Below are positions 1-11,682 of a DNA stretch of 64,000 nucleotides, one piece after another. This DNA is from Eledone cirrhosa (lineage: Eukaryota). How positions within the stretch are numbered: the stretch's first letter is position 1; every line of letters begins with the position of its first letter. The stretch spans positions 18,848,001 to 18,912,000 of the forward strand of contig OZ024752.1 of NCBI GenBank assembly GCA_964016885.1, written 5' to 3'. A model generated the notes under the pieces. That model saw only the letters and a list, made by a program, of their open reading frames with translations, made no database searches and was not told the DNA's origin. A program made the translations under genes and the position numbers.

Positions 1-229
1 TCTATGGCTGGATACCCTTCCTATCACCAACTAATTTACAGCATGTACTGGGAACATAGTTTCTATGGCTGTATGTCCTTCCTAACACCAAACTTTAGAT
101 TTAATTCTTTTCTTTTTTACATGTTTTATAGTTCCTTGTTTTATTTCCAATCATAAACATGTTCTATTAGAAGGATAATTTAACTGTTAAGTCCATGTTA
201 ATAGATTTAGTGGACTGGAACATTTCAAT

Positions 230-460
230 TTAACCCAGCTGCACTTAAACCGGCTGTATCCGGCCAGAATTCTTTCACCCCTTTTTGTTCAAAGTGGTCG
301 TAACTTGCTACTCATACTGATGTTACGGTATTGTTTTCAAAATAAATATCATCAAAATCTCATAGATTCAATATTATGTGGGATAGTTATGTGAGGTAAA
401 GCCCTTTACTGTGAAAATACAATAGTATATCTAGAGTAATGTAAATGCTAAAGGGTTCAA
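230..460. mobile_element. Degenerate non-autonomous DNA element with TTAACCC...GGGTT(C)AA termini (piggyBac-like MITE)
   Basis: Begins TTAACCC at 230 and ends AAGGGTTCAA at 460. Its right end (383-460) is the approximate reverse complement of 63931-64000. Confidence 0.5.
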
Positions 461-1233
461 CAGTAACTCTTTAAAATGGGTAGATTTGTTTCAAAGTACC
501 ACAGCTGGTTTATGTTGGGTTGGTATCAAAAGTCTTAAATACGAATTAAAAACATGTCATAGAATTACTGGATGCTTCTGTCTAGCTTGTGGCATTAATT
601 ATTTTATCCTTATCCATATTGTAGTTTTTATTCTACTACATACTTCTGTATCTAGAACAATCTTATATCATTATAAACCTTTTCTTAGTTACTAACAACA
701 ACAAACATTACCTGAAAGAAGGACTTAATACAAAATGTAGAGTCAAATTCTTTTTTTGTATTTTACAATGGAAAGCTTTTCAAACAATAAATATATGAAA
801 TGGGATGTAGTGTTTATATACAAATATTTGGTTTTCAGTGTGAGATCATGGTGATGGTGGTGGAACTGAGCTAGTTGCTGAGTTGGGCAATGTAAACTGG
901 TGTTAAAGAATTATGTTAGGGAATTGACACAACCAACAATGGGAATATAAATGTTAAAAATAGAAAATGGCGAATTAAAGAATGTATATTTTTGGAATAT
1001 AAATAATTTTCTTTAAAAAAAAAAAAAATAAAAGGAAAGAAGCTGATTGTCAGATTGGACCAAGGAAGCCATGTTTCCATTGGTTTCCCATTGCTGATAC
1101 TAATCTGCCAGTAGAGACAGATGATGATACTGATGATAATCATTATTGTCATCATTGTTTAACATCCATTATCCATGCTAGCATGGCTTAGACGTGGTGT
1201 ATACTAGATAAAGGCCTCACCTCCTGTTTGTTA

Positions 1234-2742
1234 CAAGTACCACTGCCACCACATCTACGCTACACCTGAAACCAAGTACCACTGCCACCACATCTACACC
1301 ACACCTGAAACCAAGTACCACTGCCACCACATCTACCCCACATCACACCTGAAACCAAGTACCACTACCACCACATCTACCCCACACCACACCTGAAACC
1401 AAGTACCACTGCCACCACATCTACCCCACAGCACACTTGAAACCAAGTACCGCTGCCACCACATCTACCCCACAGCACACCTGAAACCAAGTACCACTGC
1501 CACCACATCTACCCCACAGCACACCTGAAACCAAGTACCACTGCCACCACATCTACCCTACACCACACCTGAAACCAAGTACCACTGCCACCACATCTAC
1601 CCTACACCACACCTGAAACCAAGTACCACTGCCACCACATCTACCCTACACCACACCTGAAACCAAGTACCACTGCCACCACATCTACACCACACCTGAA
1701 ACCAAGTACCACTACCACCACATCTACTCCACACCACACCTGAAACCAAGTACCACTACCACCACATCTACCCCACAGCACACCTGAAACCAAGTACCAC
1801 AACCACCACACACCCCACCTGAAACCAAGTACCACTGCCACCACATCTACCCTACACCACACCTGAAACCAAGTACCACTACCACCACATCTACCCCACA
1901 GCACACCTGAAACCAAGTACCACAACCACCACACACCCCACCTGAAACCAAGTACCACTGCCACCACAACTACCCCACACCACACCTGAAACCAAGTACC
2001 ACTGCCACCACATCTACCCCACAGCACACTTGAAACCAAGTACCACTGCCACCACATCTCCCCCACACCTGAAACCAAGTACCACTACCACCACATCTAC
2101 ACCACATACCACTGCCACCACATCTACCCCACACCACACCTGAAACCAAGTACCACTACCACCACATCTACTCCACACCACACCTGAAACCAAGTACCAC
2201 TGCCACCACATCTACCCCACACCACACCTGAAACCAAGTACCACTGCCACCACATCTACCTACACCACACCTGAAACCAAGTACCACTACCACCACATCT
2301 ACCCCACACCACACCTGAAACCAAGTACCACTACCACCACATCTACTCCACACCACACCTGAAACCAAGTACCACTGCCACCACATCTACCCCACACCAC
2401 ACCTGAAACCAAGTACCACTGCCACCACATCTACTCCACACCACGCCTGAAACCACATACCACTGCCACCACATCTACTCCACACCACACCTAAAACCAC
2501 ATACCACTGCCACCACATCTACACCACACCTGAAACCACATACCACTACCACCACATCTACCCCACACCACACCTGAAAGCAAGTACCACTACCACCACA
2601 CCTGAAACCAAGTACCACTACCACCACATCTACCCCATACCTGAAACCAAGTACCACTGCCACCACATCTACCCCACACCACACCTGAAGCGAAGTACCA
2701 CTGCCACCACATCTACCCCACACCGCAACTGAAACCAAGTAC
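1234..2742. repeat. Minisatellite, ~44-bp unit CAAGTACCACTGCCACCACATCTACCCCACACCACACCTGAAAC with 36-39 bp variants
   Basis: About 35 tandem copies read directly. The overlapping minus-strand ORFs are repeat translations. Confidence 0.97.
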
Positions 2743-3454
2743 TACCCACCTGTCTCTCTTAGTATTTGTTGTTGCTGTTGTTATATAACTATGGCTGCAT
2801 ACACCTGGTCTACATATTATTCATTGAGTTTCCCTCGTATAACTAAATGTGATGGAGAAATTAATTCATTTTTTGCATCATTGAGTGTTTAGGGACTCAA
2901 ATTTAAATAATTTAACTAGTGTTGCCCTATTGCAGAATGTTCTCCATTCATTTCCCAGAGCCCAATTATTAACCCTTTTGGCAGCATATTTCTAATAAAA
3001 TACACCGTTTGTGTTTCAGTTTTGAAAATAATGGAGGAATTTAATAATATAGTTTTACACTCTGAGTTTTCAGTTATAGGATGCTGGATTGGCAGAATCA
3101 TTAAAGAGTTAGATGGGATGCTTGGCAGTATCTGTTCCAGCTTTGTGTATTCTGAATTCAGATCCTACTTCCTGTCTCTGGAAAACTGGTGAGTCTTCTG
3201 CCAGGAGTTACAATGGAGAGATAGTATACCCCTTACTCAGTAAATAAGCTTCTAGTGGGATGTAATTGGCCTAAAAGATCAGCTGATAGAGTACACTTTC
3301 CTCAACAAACTGGCTGCTTGTGGGAAGTAAGGGTATTGAACTCACAACCTCATGATGGCGTGCCCAATGCTCTAACCACTAAGCCATGTGCCTTCACATT
3401 GGAAGTAATTAGCATAAAAAATGCAATCCTGAACATTCTCAACTATAATCATAA

Positions 3455-3700
3455 TCATCATTTAATGTCCATTTTCCACGCTAGCATGGGTTAGATGGCG
3501 TTGTACCATTAGAGGCAAGTTGGGTCGGGTGACTGTGTCTCGCTCATATAGGACTGTTTCTGGCTGGATTTCTATGGCTGGATGCCTTTCCTAATGCCAA
3601 CCACATTTACAGTGTGTGCTGGGTGTTTTTTGTTGTGACATCCACTCGACCACTTTACAGTGTGGACTGGATGTTTTTATGATACCAACATAACTTTACA
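3455..3700 (-). mobile_element. Non-autonomous RTE-related (bipartite) element
   Basis: CATCATTTAATGTCCATTTTCCACGCTAGCATGGG matches the RTE 3' tail at 5301-5345. TTTCTATGGCTGGATGCCTTTCCTAATGCCAACCAC...TTTACAG matches the RTE 5' UTR motif at 7380-7440. Closely similar copy at 60541-60720. Confidence 0.7.
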
Positions 3701-3914
3701 GAGTAAGGGTGGTGTGGGCGAAGTGGGAGGGTGGTGTAGGCAGTGTATGGAAGGGGGGGGGGTATAATGGATTAAGAAGTGCTTACTGGGTGTATGTTTG
3801 AGTCTGAGCAAGGGAAGGTGGGTCTTCTGTATTACTTTAAAACAAACACCTTTGTATCATAGAATTAAGTAGTTTCAGATAGTTTGGTACCAAAAGTGTT
3901 AATAATTGAAATAT

Positions 3915-4010
3915 TTATTTGATTATTATAATCATTAATTAATGTGATAAAGTGAACAATTATTTGATTATTATAATCATTAATTAATGTTAATAAAGTG
4001 AACAATTATT
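3915..4010. repeat. Two-copy ~46-bp AT-rich tandem duplication
   Basis: TATTTGATTATTATAATCATTAATTAATGT..ATAAAGTGAACAAT occurs twice in tandem. Confidence 0.85.
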
Positions 4011-4503
4011 GCAATTATTTTATCTGTCAGGGATGAGGTGATGTTACAAAACAAAAGACTAACAAATTGAGATGTAAAACTTTTGAGAAGTATTAAGTGT
4101 TTCTTTCTGGTAACTGACTCTGTAATATCATACACAGATGTTTGGTTTTATAGTTTAGTCTCAGATTAGATCTTGAAACTGACTCCTTGAAATTCCAGTA
4201 TGATATGGTTTATGTGACACATATTCATTTGATTTGTCTTCTTTCTACTTGAATTATTTAGAGGATTCTTTATATAAGCTCTACTACCCTGCTGTGAATC
4301 ACATCTGTGAACACAAATGTAGTAGTAATAGTAGTAATCGTTTTGACTCATTTCCTCTGTCTAAAGATTTAATGTTTTTCCCACTTAAAATGTCTTTTGT
4401 ACTTAAAGGGGTTTAGTAATACTAGCAATGAAATTAGACATTACATAGGTGTATGTATATATATATCTATATCTATATATATATATATACACACATATAT
4501 ATA

Positions 4504-4679
4504 TCGTATTTCCCGGTGTCAAAGATGCTACTTTTTCCCTAAGATAAGTCTCAAAAATCTACCATGCGCCCTGGAGGCCAAAGGTTGCATTTTTCATTAT
4601 TATATTTTTTCAAATTTTTGGTCGTCAAAATTAAGGTGGGTCCTCGAGGACAAAGCATCTTCGGTGCCGGGAAATACGG
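4504..4679. mobile_element. Tc1/mariner-pogo type MITE with ~26-bp TIRs and TA target duplication
   Basis: Left TCGTATTTCCCGGTGTCAAAGATGCT vs right reverse complement CCGTATTTCCCGGCACCGAAGATGCT. Flanked by TA at 4502-4503 and 4680-4681. Confidence 0.8.
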
Positions 4680-4810
4680 TAAATATTTATGTGTGTGTAT
4701 GTTTGTGCATAGAACAATAAAAACAGAAGTCAGGTGTAGGTAGTTAGTTCATTGTTTTACAATCATTTCAGAGGGTCAATTGGTCGATGGAGATCGGTTT
4801 ATTGACTAAT

Positions 4811-4948
4811 ATGGTCGTTTTTGGAAACCTATACAATGCAGATGGATAAATCTCTAGGTAACAGAATAAGGTAGCAGTAGAAAGAAAGGGGATTTTGTTA
4901 CCCAGAGATGTATCCATTTGCATTGTAGAGGCTTCCAAAAACGCCCAT
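4811..4948. repeat. Imperfect inverted repeat (~57-bp arms, ~25-nt loop)
   Basis: GGTCGTTTTTGGAAACCTATACAATGCAGATGGATAAATCTCTAGGTAACAGAA pairs with 4893-4946, with about 7 mismatches. Confidence 0.85.
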
Positions 4949-4989
4949 TTTGCATATTCCACAATGCTTCAAGCAAACTTCAACACTCA

Positions 4990-5277
4990 TAAAAAAAGTC
5001 TAAAGCCTGCCTTAAGCCAGAAGGCTCATTTGGCCGGTGCTTATCCCGGTTTCATGGCGTGAAGCGACTGGGAGTACAAGACTCCCCCCTGGACAGGACG
5101 GCAGTCCATCGCAGGGTTAAACCTCCAGCTATTGCTGGTACTCATTTTCAGCTGAGTATACTGGAGCAACCTGAAAGGAAGTGTTTTGCTCAAGAACACA
5201 ACACACAACCCAGGAATCGAGCCCACAACATTATGATCATAAGTCCAACACCCTTACCACTAGGCCACGTGCCTTCA
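4990..5277 (-). mobile_element. tRNA-derived SINE
   Basis: Minus strand has A box TGGCCTAGTGG, B-box-like GGCTCGATTCC, central TTCTTGAGCAAAACACTT...GCTCCAGT..ACTCAGCTG (shared with the SINE at 14046) and a 3' ACCCTGCGATGGAC...GAAACCGGGATAAG tail. Confidence 0.85.
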
Positions 5278-5300
5278 CTCAACACTCATATGGAAGGAAT

Positions 5301-7480
5301 CATCATCATCGTTTAACGTCCGTATCCCACGCTTGCATGGGTTTGGACGGGAGTTTTCCCACTTCTACCCTGACTTTACTGAGAGTACCTCTGTACAAAG
5401 TTTGCACTGTCCTCACAAGCCATTCCTCAACACCTAGCTTCCTTAGGGACCACCAGATGACAGATCGGGGTACCCTATCAAAAGCCTTCTCTAGGTCAAC
5501 AAAGGCTAAGTATAGTGGCTTATTCTTCTCTAAGAACCTCTCTTGCAATTGTCTCACCAACAAGAGGGCATCTGTTGTACTCTTCCCAGGCACAAAACCA
5601 AACTGCATCTCATCTAGTTTAACCCTTTCTCTAATTAGTTGTACTAAAATCCTTTCTGCCACTTTCATAACCTGATCTATCAGTTTTATACCCCTATAAT
5701 TGCTCCTCTCCAGAGCATCCCCTTTACCTTTGTAGCAATTTATGAGAATACTGCTGCACCAGTCTTTGGGTATGACACCACCATATATAGCCTGATTGAT
5801 GATGTGTGCAACCAGTTTAGTGCCTACGTCCCCTGATGCCTTCAGCATCTCAGCAACTATTCCCGATGGTCCGGCAGCCTTACCATTTTTCATTTCCCTA
5901 ATCGCCTCTTGGACCCTATATTCGTCAATCTCAATAGCTGGTCCCTCTGTCGGATCTACCAAGGGTAATTTCTCTCTCTCCCATTTGTTCTCCACATTCA
6001 TCAGACTCTCATAATGACATTTCCAGGCCTCCTTTTTCTGATCATTCGTGACACTAAGTACACCGGCATCATCCCAGACACATTTATCTCCAACAACATC
6101 CTGATTTGCATTGACACACTGCCTTGCAATGTGGAACACCGCACGCCTCTGATCTTCCCGTCGCAGAACATTGGCAAACCTCCTACTCTCTGCCTCCCTG
6201 CGTGCTAAGTACACCTGACGTCTAGCTTCTCTCTTAGTGGCTGTATATTCTTCCCTACTCCCACCCTTTTTCCAAGCCTTTCATGCTAGTCTTTTGTCTC
6301 TAATGGCCTTATCTACTGTGCTGTTCCACCACCAAGTCACTCTCTATCTGGTTGGAGCTCTGCTCCAGCCACAAGTTTCATCAGTAGCCTGCAGCAAGTT
6401 GTCACGTAAGAAATTCCAGTTATTATCTATGTCATACGTCTCTAAATCGTCTTCTTTTTCGTCATATACATCTTGAAGGGCTTTCCTAAATTTGTATTTT
6501 AGTGAAAGGTCTTTTAGCTTCCAGACCTTTCTTCTCCACACCTTCCTATATGTCTCATTCCATCTCTTGCTTACTGAGATATCACTAACAACTGACCTAT
6601 GTTGTGGGGTACATTCTTCCCCAAGGTATGCCTTGGTATTAGACACTATCTGCCTGTCCTGCTGCCTAACTAGTAAGAAGTCAATCTGGCTTATGTGCTC
6701 ACCAGATTTGTAGGTTATTAGGTGATTCGCAGGTTTCTGGAAGTTTGTGTTGCAAATAGTCAATGTACCTGCATCACAAAATTCAAGAAGTCTCACTCCT
6801 TATTCATTTCTTGAACCGTAACCGTGCCCACCATGTACCCCAGTGTAACCATCCTGGAGCTGTCCAACATGACCATTGAAGTCTCCTGCTAGCACAACGA
6901 TGTCTCCATCCTCTGTCATTGCGGTTGTTTGTAAAAGTTGCTCATAAAAGCAGTCTTTCTCATCTTTGCCTGGGCCTGCTTGGGGAGCAGAGGGCGAGAT
7001 GATTGTCAGTAGTCTCCTGCCTACAACTAATCTAAGCTTAATTATTCGATTACTAACTCGAACTACCTCTATTGTCTTATTGATCCATTTCTCAGCCAGG
7101 AAAATGCCTACTCCTCCTAACCCACCATCCTTACCTACCCAGAATAGCTTATAGCTAAGACGTTTGCCTACGACTAGTCTCGCAGAGGCACCTCTCCATC
7201 TCACCTCTTGCACGCAGCACACATCCACCTGCCTTCTCTCCAGCATCTCCGCTATTTCAGCAGATCTACCTCTGAGAGTGCCAACATTAAGTGTTGCAAC
7301 TCTGAGATGCGACGTCTTCATATTTTGTTGTTGTTCCTATTTGTTGCTGTGCTGATAAGCGTTTTGGCATTGATACACTGGTTGGATGCCCTTCCTAACA
7401 CCAGCGCCACTTTACAGCATGGACTGGGTGCTTTTATTTGTGCCACCAGCACTAGAGAGGATGTCTTACTAGAGTCAAGG
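5301..7480 (-). mobile_element. RTE-clade non-LTR retrotransposon, internally deleted and decayed
   Basis: APE endonuclease (ATLNVGTL, CVQEVRW, GDFNGHVG, SQIDF, PQHR) and RT N-half (GKAAGPSG, NYRGIKL, QFGFVPGKSTTDA, FVDLEKAFDRV) split by stops. After SKVRV the sequence jumps to a 3' tail ending GGACGTTAAAC(GAT)n. Confidence 0.95.
5306..7321 (-). pseudogene. Disrupted RTE ORF (APE endonuclease + truncated reverse transcriptase)
   Basis: ORFs 6800-7321, 6344-6796 and 5306-6214 are collinear pieces separated by in-frame stops. The YADD region is missing. Confidence 0.92.
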
Positions 7481-7788
7481 GCCCTTTCTACCCCTCCATT
7501 TTACAGCATGGTCAATAAAAAAAACAAAAAAAAACAACTTATTGACACGACGCACACACACACTCACATACCAACACTCATTCATGCATACAAACACACA
7601 CACCACTCACAAACACATATATATATATATTACCGGCAGTACTGATACAAATACAAAATCAAAATCAATATCATGTCAACTGTTGACCTTTCCCAGTCCA
7701 GTATATATATATGTATGTATATATATATATTATATATATATATACACATATATATATATGTGTGTGTATATATGAATGTATATATATG

Positions 7789-8394
7789 TCAGGTCACCAG
7801 TTGGTGCTACTGGTAACATGTATCCCAGTACAACCTGTCTCATGGTCGGGTCGTTGGCGACTAAACTGGCAACCCCACCAAGGTTTCTTGGTGAGGAGGG
7901 TGACTTTGGACATCCTGCGGGACTAAAAACAAAACCTGTCAAAGGGCAAAGGACCTCTTAAGAGTCAATGGCCATCCAAAATCACCGGGAGAGATGACCC
8001 CCTTAGCCTTTGTCAAGGCAGAATTCTAGGAGAAGGAAAACTCTGATATAACACCTGCAACCCTGATGGTATCCAATGATGTTGACTTGTTCTTCTTTTT
8101 GGTAAATATCATCCTGGTGAAGAGAGTGGGACTGGCTTTGTGCAGTGCCTTTGCTCACTATAAAAGCTTCACGGCACAGGCATTGCTTTATATCTGGAGA
8201 TCTCTCTGCACTTGTCGTCACATGGTACCATTGGCCCAGCACTATGTGTCAATAATTGTCACAAGTGTAGTGTTTGTACCAGAGTTTAAGTCGCTGGCTG
8301 GACTAAAAAGTCACACTCGTTCAGTGCATCGGTAGGGGTTCTCCTACATGGATATAAAGTAGTGGCCGTACTCGAAAACGAGTTGGCAGCCACC
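7789..8394 (+). mobile_element. Short non-autonomous LINE derivative (probably RTE) inserted in (TA)n
   Basis: UTR-like 5' part (including GGAGAAGGAAAACTCTGA). The 3' part encodes a frameshifted C2H2 finger [24 protein letters not shown], resembling RTE ORF C-termini. Microsatellite on both sides. Confidence 0.55.
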
Positions 8395-9080
8395 ATATAT
8401 ATGTGTATATATATGTGTATATACGTGTGTATATATATGTGTATATACGTGTATATATATGTGTATATACGTGTATATATATGTGTATATACGTATGTAT
8501 ATATATGTGTATATACGTATGTATATATATGTGTATACGTATGTATATATATGTGTATATACGTATGTATATATATGTGTATATACGTATGTATATCTAT
8601 GTGTATATACGTATGTATATCTGTGTATATAGGTATGTATATCTGTGTATATACGTATGTATATATATATGTGTATATACGTATGTATATATATGTGTAT
8701 ATACGTATGTATATATATGTGTATATACGTATGTATATATATGTGTATATACGTATGTATATATATGTGTATTATACGTATGTATATATATGTGTATTAT
8801 ACGTATGTATATATATTTATATATATATGTGTATATATGAATGTATATATATATATATGTGTATGTATATATATATATATGTGTATGTATATATATATAT
8901 ATGTGTATGTATATATATATATATGTGTATGTATATATATATATATGTGTATGTATATATATATATATGTGTATGTATATATATATATATGTGTATGTAT
9001 TTATATATATATGTGTATGTATTTATATATATATGTGTATATATATATATATATGTGTATATATGAATGTATATATATAT
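8395..9080. repeat. Compound TA/TG-rich microsatellite
   Basis: (TATATG/TATACG)n-type low-complexity tract. Confidence 0.97.
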
Positions 9081-9082
9081 GA

Positions 9083-10397
9083 TAAGCGCCGGCTTTAACC
9101 GAGGAATTTCCTACATGCCTAACGCTAGCTCTAGAAACCACCCCCCTCATAAAACAAACGTTATAGTAAGCCATACCTATAACCGATCATGCGGCGACCT
9201 CGTTGAAGTCGGATATAATAGAATAGATAACCGCACCAAAGATCACGACCCCGGCGACGGGGACCACTGTAGATTACTCGAACTATTCCCCTATTACAAA
9301 ACCAACAAAGGCGACGGCCTACTACCAACGCCTTCCAACCAACATCTTCCTGTACATAAACATGGAAGAGTGAAGAAGAGTGCACCCGAGCAGAAAGGGG
9401 CACCGAACGGGCTACGGCGCATTAACACACATAAGAGCGGTCACCTAGATGGAACCACCCGTAGCAAACATACAAGGACACGTAATCGCCACCGTAACAT
9501 CCTGTGGTTTCACCTCCCCCCCCCTACTCTCGGAGTGTGGCCTCCAACATACCCCGGATGTTCTTCGAAGCCTTAGAGAACTTCCAGCCCAACCATAGGT
9601 ATAGAAAAATTCTTAATAGGAACAATATAAAAATATCCTTCTCTACTACTCCTAACCTAGCAGACATCATAGGAACAACGAACCACAGTAAGATCACCAA
9701 GACACAGCACCTTAGCACAGACGCACCTACACCTGACAATAACTATATCGGCCTTAACAACTCCCTAGCAGCATCCAATAGTGTTGGCAACGGCCTCCGC
9801 AGACGCAACTAGCATAACCACGAAATGACTGGGGAACATGCAGGACATGACGTGCGGAATAACAATCGCACCACCCCGCGTGCTGTGGGTTATAATGGTG
9901 CTAATGACAGCTGCGGGAGCGTAGATAACAACGTAGGCAGCAACAATGATAGCCTTACCGTGGGAAATAGATGGAACCGCGACAGAGGACGCTGCCCCCT
10001 TAGAGGATACTGCTTGACTGATAGGGTTATATATAGATGCACTGTAACTAGCCACACTAGCGTTAAACATTATATAGGGGCTACCTCTAGCCCGTTCAAA
10101 ATTAGGTTTCGAACACATCTCCACTCTTTCACAAATAAAAAACTAAGACACTCCACTTCGCTCGCGGACTACATCACATCACTAAAGGACTTAAACATCA
10201 GCTTCTCCACGCACTGGGATATTGTCGGCAGGGCTGCACCGTACAACTTCAAGAGGAAATGCGATCTTTGCCTCATGGAGCTCTACCACATCATAACTGC
10301 ACCCCACGAGCTCATCAACAGCTGAGCTGAAACAGCGATAAGTTGTACACATCGCTTAAAAATATCCTTCTTCAGATGGGTTAAGGATGAGGAGTGA
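9083..10397 (+). pseudogene. PLE ORF remnant: RT thumb end, linker and GIY-YIG endonuclease
   Basis: Frameshift in the poly-C near 9515-9524, in-frame stops at 9810 and 10323, probable natural stop at 10395-10397. Confidence 0.88.
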
Positions 10398-10772
10398 AAC
10401 TGTGCACCGGATCTCCCTGCAACAAGTCTTAACACCCCGGCGGGCAGGCGCTGCAAAATAACACCCAGGAAACTATCCTTGCATACCAGACCCAGCCTCA
10501 AACGACTCAGACAAACAGATGTGGCAAACAAACGTCTCAAAATAAGTGTTCGTTACATGACCCTGTGCGTATCGACAATGGTAAGGTTGCAACCTCATCT
10601 TGTAGCGGATAAAACTTTGTCCGGGAAAGACTGCCCTAACACCGGCTAGAGTTACCTCCCTTGACCTGCTGCAAAATCAAAACAAGCTATTTTTGCGAGC
10701 AATGAACCTTGACGTGAATTTAACCCCCAAAACTCTTTCCGAGCAATGTAAGGAACACTTTTGGTTATTTAT

Positions 10773-10812
10773 GCCCTTGAGAAACCCAACTGGGCGAAAC
10801 GTACGTAGGTGC
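10773..10812 (+). ncRNA. Minimal type I hammerhead ribozyme, U3-A8 core variant, in the PLE 3' repeat
   Basis: GCCC-TTGAGAA-ACCCAACTGGGC-GAAA-CGTACG-TA-GGTGC: palindromic stem III, GUA cleavage triplet, weak stem I. Confidence 0.65.
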
Positions 10813-10858
10813 TGTTTTAAATAAACATGTCTATTCTCCGATTTCTTACTTTCCAACG

Positions 10859-10938
10859 TATATGTGTATATATATGTATATATATATGTGTATATATGAA
10901 TATATATATATGTGTATATGTGTATGTATGTATGTATG

Positions 10939-10969
<31 letters not shown>

Positions 10970-10992
10970 GTGTATATATGTATGTATGTATG

Positions 10993-11023
<31 letters not shown>

Positions 11024-11056
11024 ATGTGTATATATATATGTATGTATGTATGTATG

Positions 11057-11091
<35 letters not shown>

Positions 11092-11145
11092 ATGTGTATA
11101 TATATATGTATGTATGTATGTATGTATATATATATATATATTTAT
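10859..11145. repeat. (TA)n/(TATG)n microsatellite
   Basis: Read directly. Confidence 0.97.
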
Positions 11146-11183
11146 ATAATATAAGATCAAAAGATGGTTAAAGGAGTTCAATA

Positions 11184-11254
11184 TATTTTATTATGCGCAT
11201 TTCAAAAACAAACATCATCAAACAATAATATTTGTGTTTTCATCAGATAAAACA
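11184..11254 (-). ncRNA. Type I hammerhead ribozyme, mirror copy
   Basis: Exact reverse complement of 11375-11445. Confidence 0.85.
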
Positions 11255-11374
11255 GGAGAACATGATATGAAGGCTAAAAAAACACTTGTTGATAGTGCAG
11301 TTTTAAATCAACATATGTTGATTTAAAACTGCACTATCAACAAGTGTTTTTTTAGCCTTCATATCATGTTCTCC

Positions 11375-11445
11375 TGTTTTATCTGATGAAAACACAAATA
11401 TTATTGTTTGATGATGTTTGTTTTTGAAATGCGCATAATAAAATA
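11375..11445 (+). ncRNA. Type I hammerhead ribozyme (canonical core)
   Basis: Stem I TGTTTTAT/ATAAAATA; CTGATGA at 11383-11389; ~16-bp stem II with GTTT loop; GAAA at 11426-11429; palindromic stem III ATGCGCAT; AUA cleavage triplet ending at 11437. Confidence 0.85.
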
Positions 11446-11682
11446 TATTGAACTCCTTTAACCATCTTTTGATCTTATATTATGCATACTCCAGTCCCAC
11501 AAACTGTAGAGTGCTTCTTATCCGATATCTGCATTGCTTTATTGTACTACAATAAAACTCACCTCCTACATTTATATATTTATATATATATATGTGTATA
11601 TATAATATATGTGTATATATAATATAAGAAGTGTATATACTATATTTCCAGCTTCTTCAATAGGTATCTTTATTCTTTTAAG

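Larger units (their letters stand above)
9083..10858 (+). mobile_element. 5'-truncated Penelope-like element (C-terminal GIY-YIG endonuclease) inserted in (TA)n
   Basis: RNILWF.PP, KILNRNNIKISFSTTPNL, CPLRGYCL, VIYRC...HYIGAT...FKIRF..H..SF, CDLCLME and LINS*AE...CTH motifs. 3' UTR with hammerhead and AATAAA (10820). Confidence 0.92.
11146..11483. repeat. Perfect 338-bp palindrome (169-bp arms, no spacer)
   Basis: Symmetry centre CATATG at 11312-11317. The arms are exact reverse complements out to 11146/11483. Confidence 0.96.

Noticed and set aside
1234-2742. Repeat-protein CDS or CRISPR (units end in GAAAC)
   Set aside because: No spacers, and unit lengths of 44/39/36 do not preserve frame. 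An ordinary minisatellite.
8362-11181. Tyr/Ile/Val/Cys-rich ORFs
   Set aside because: Translations of TA/TG microsatellites.
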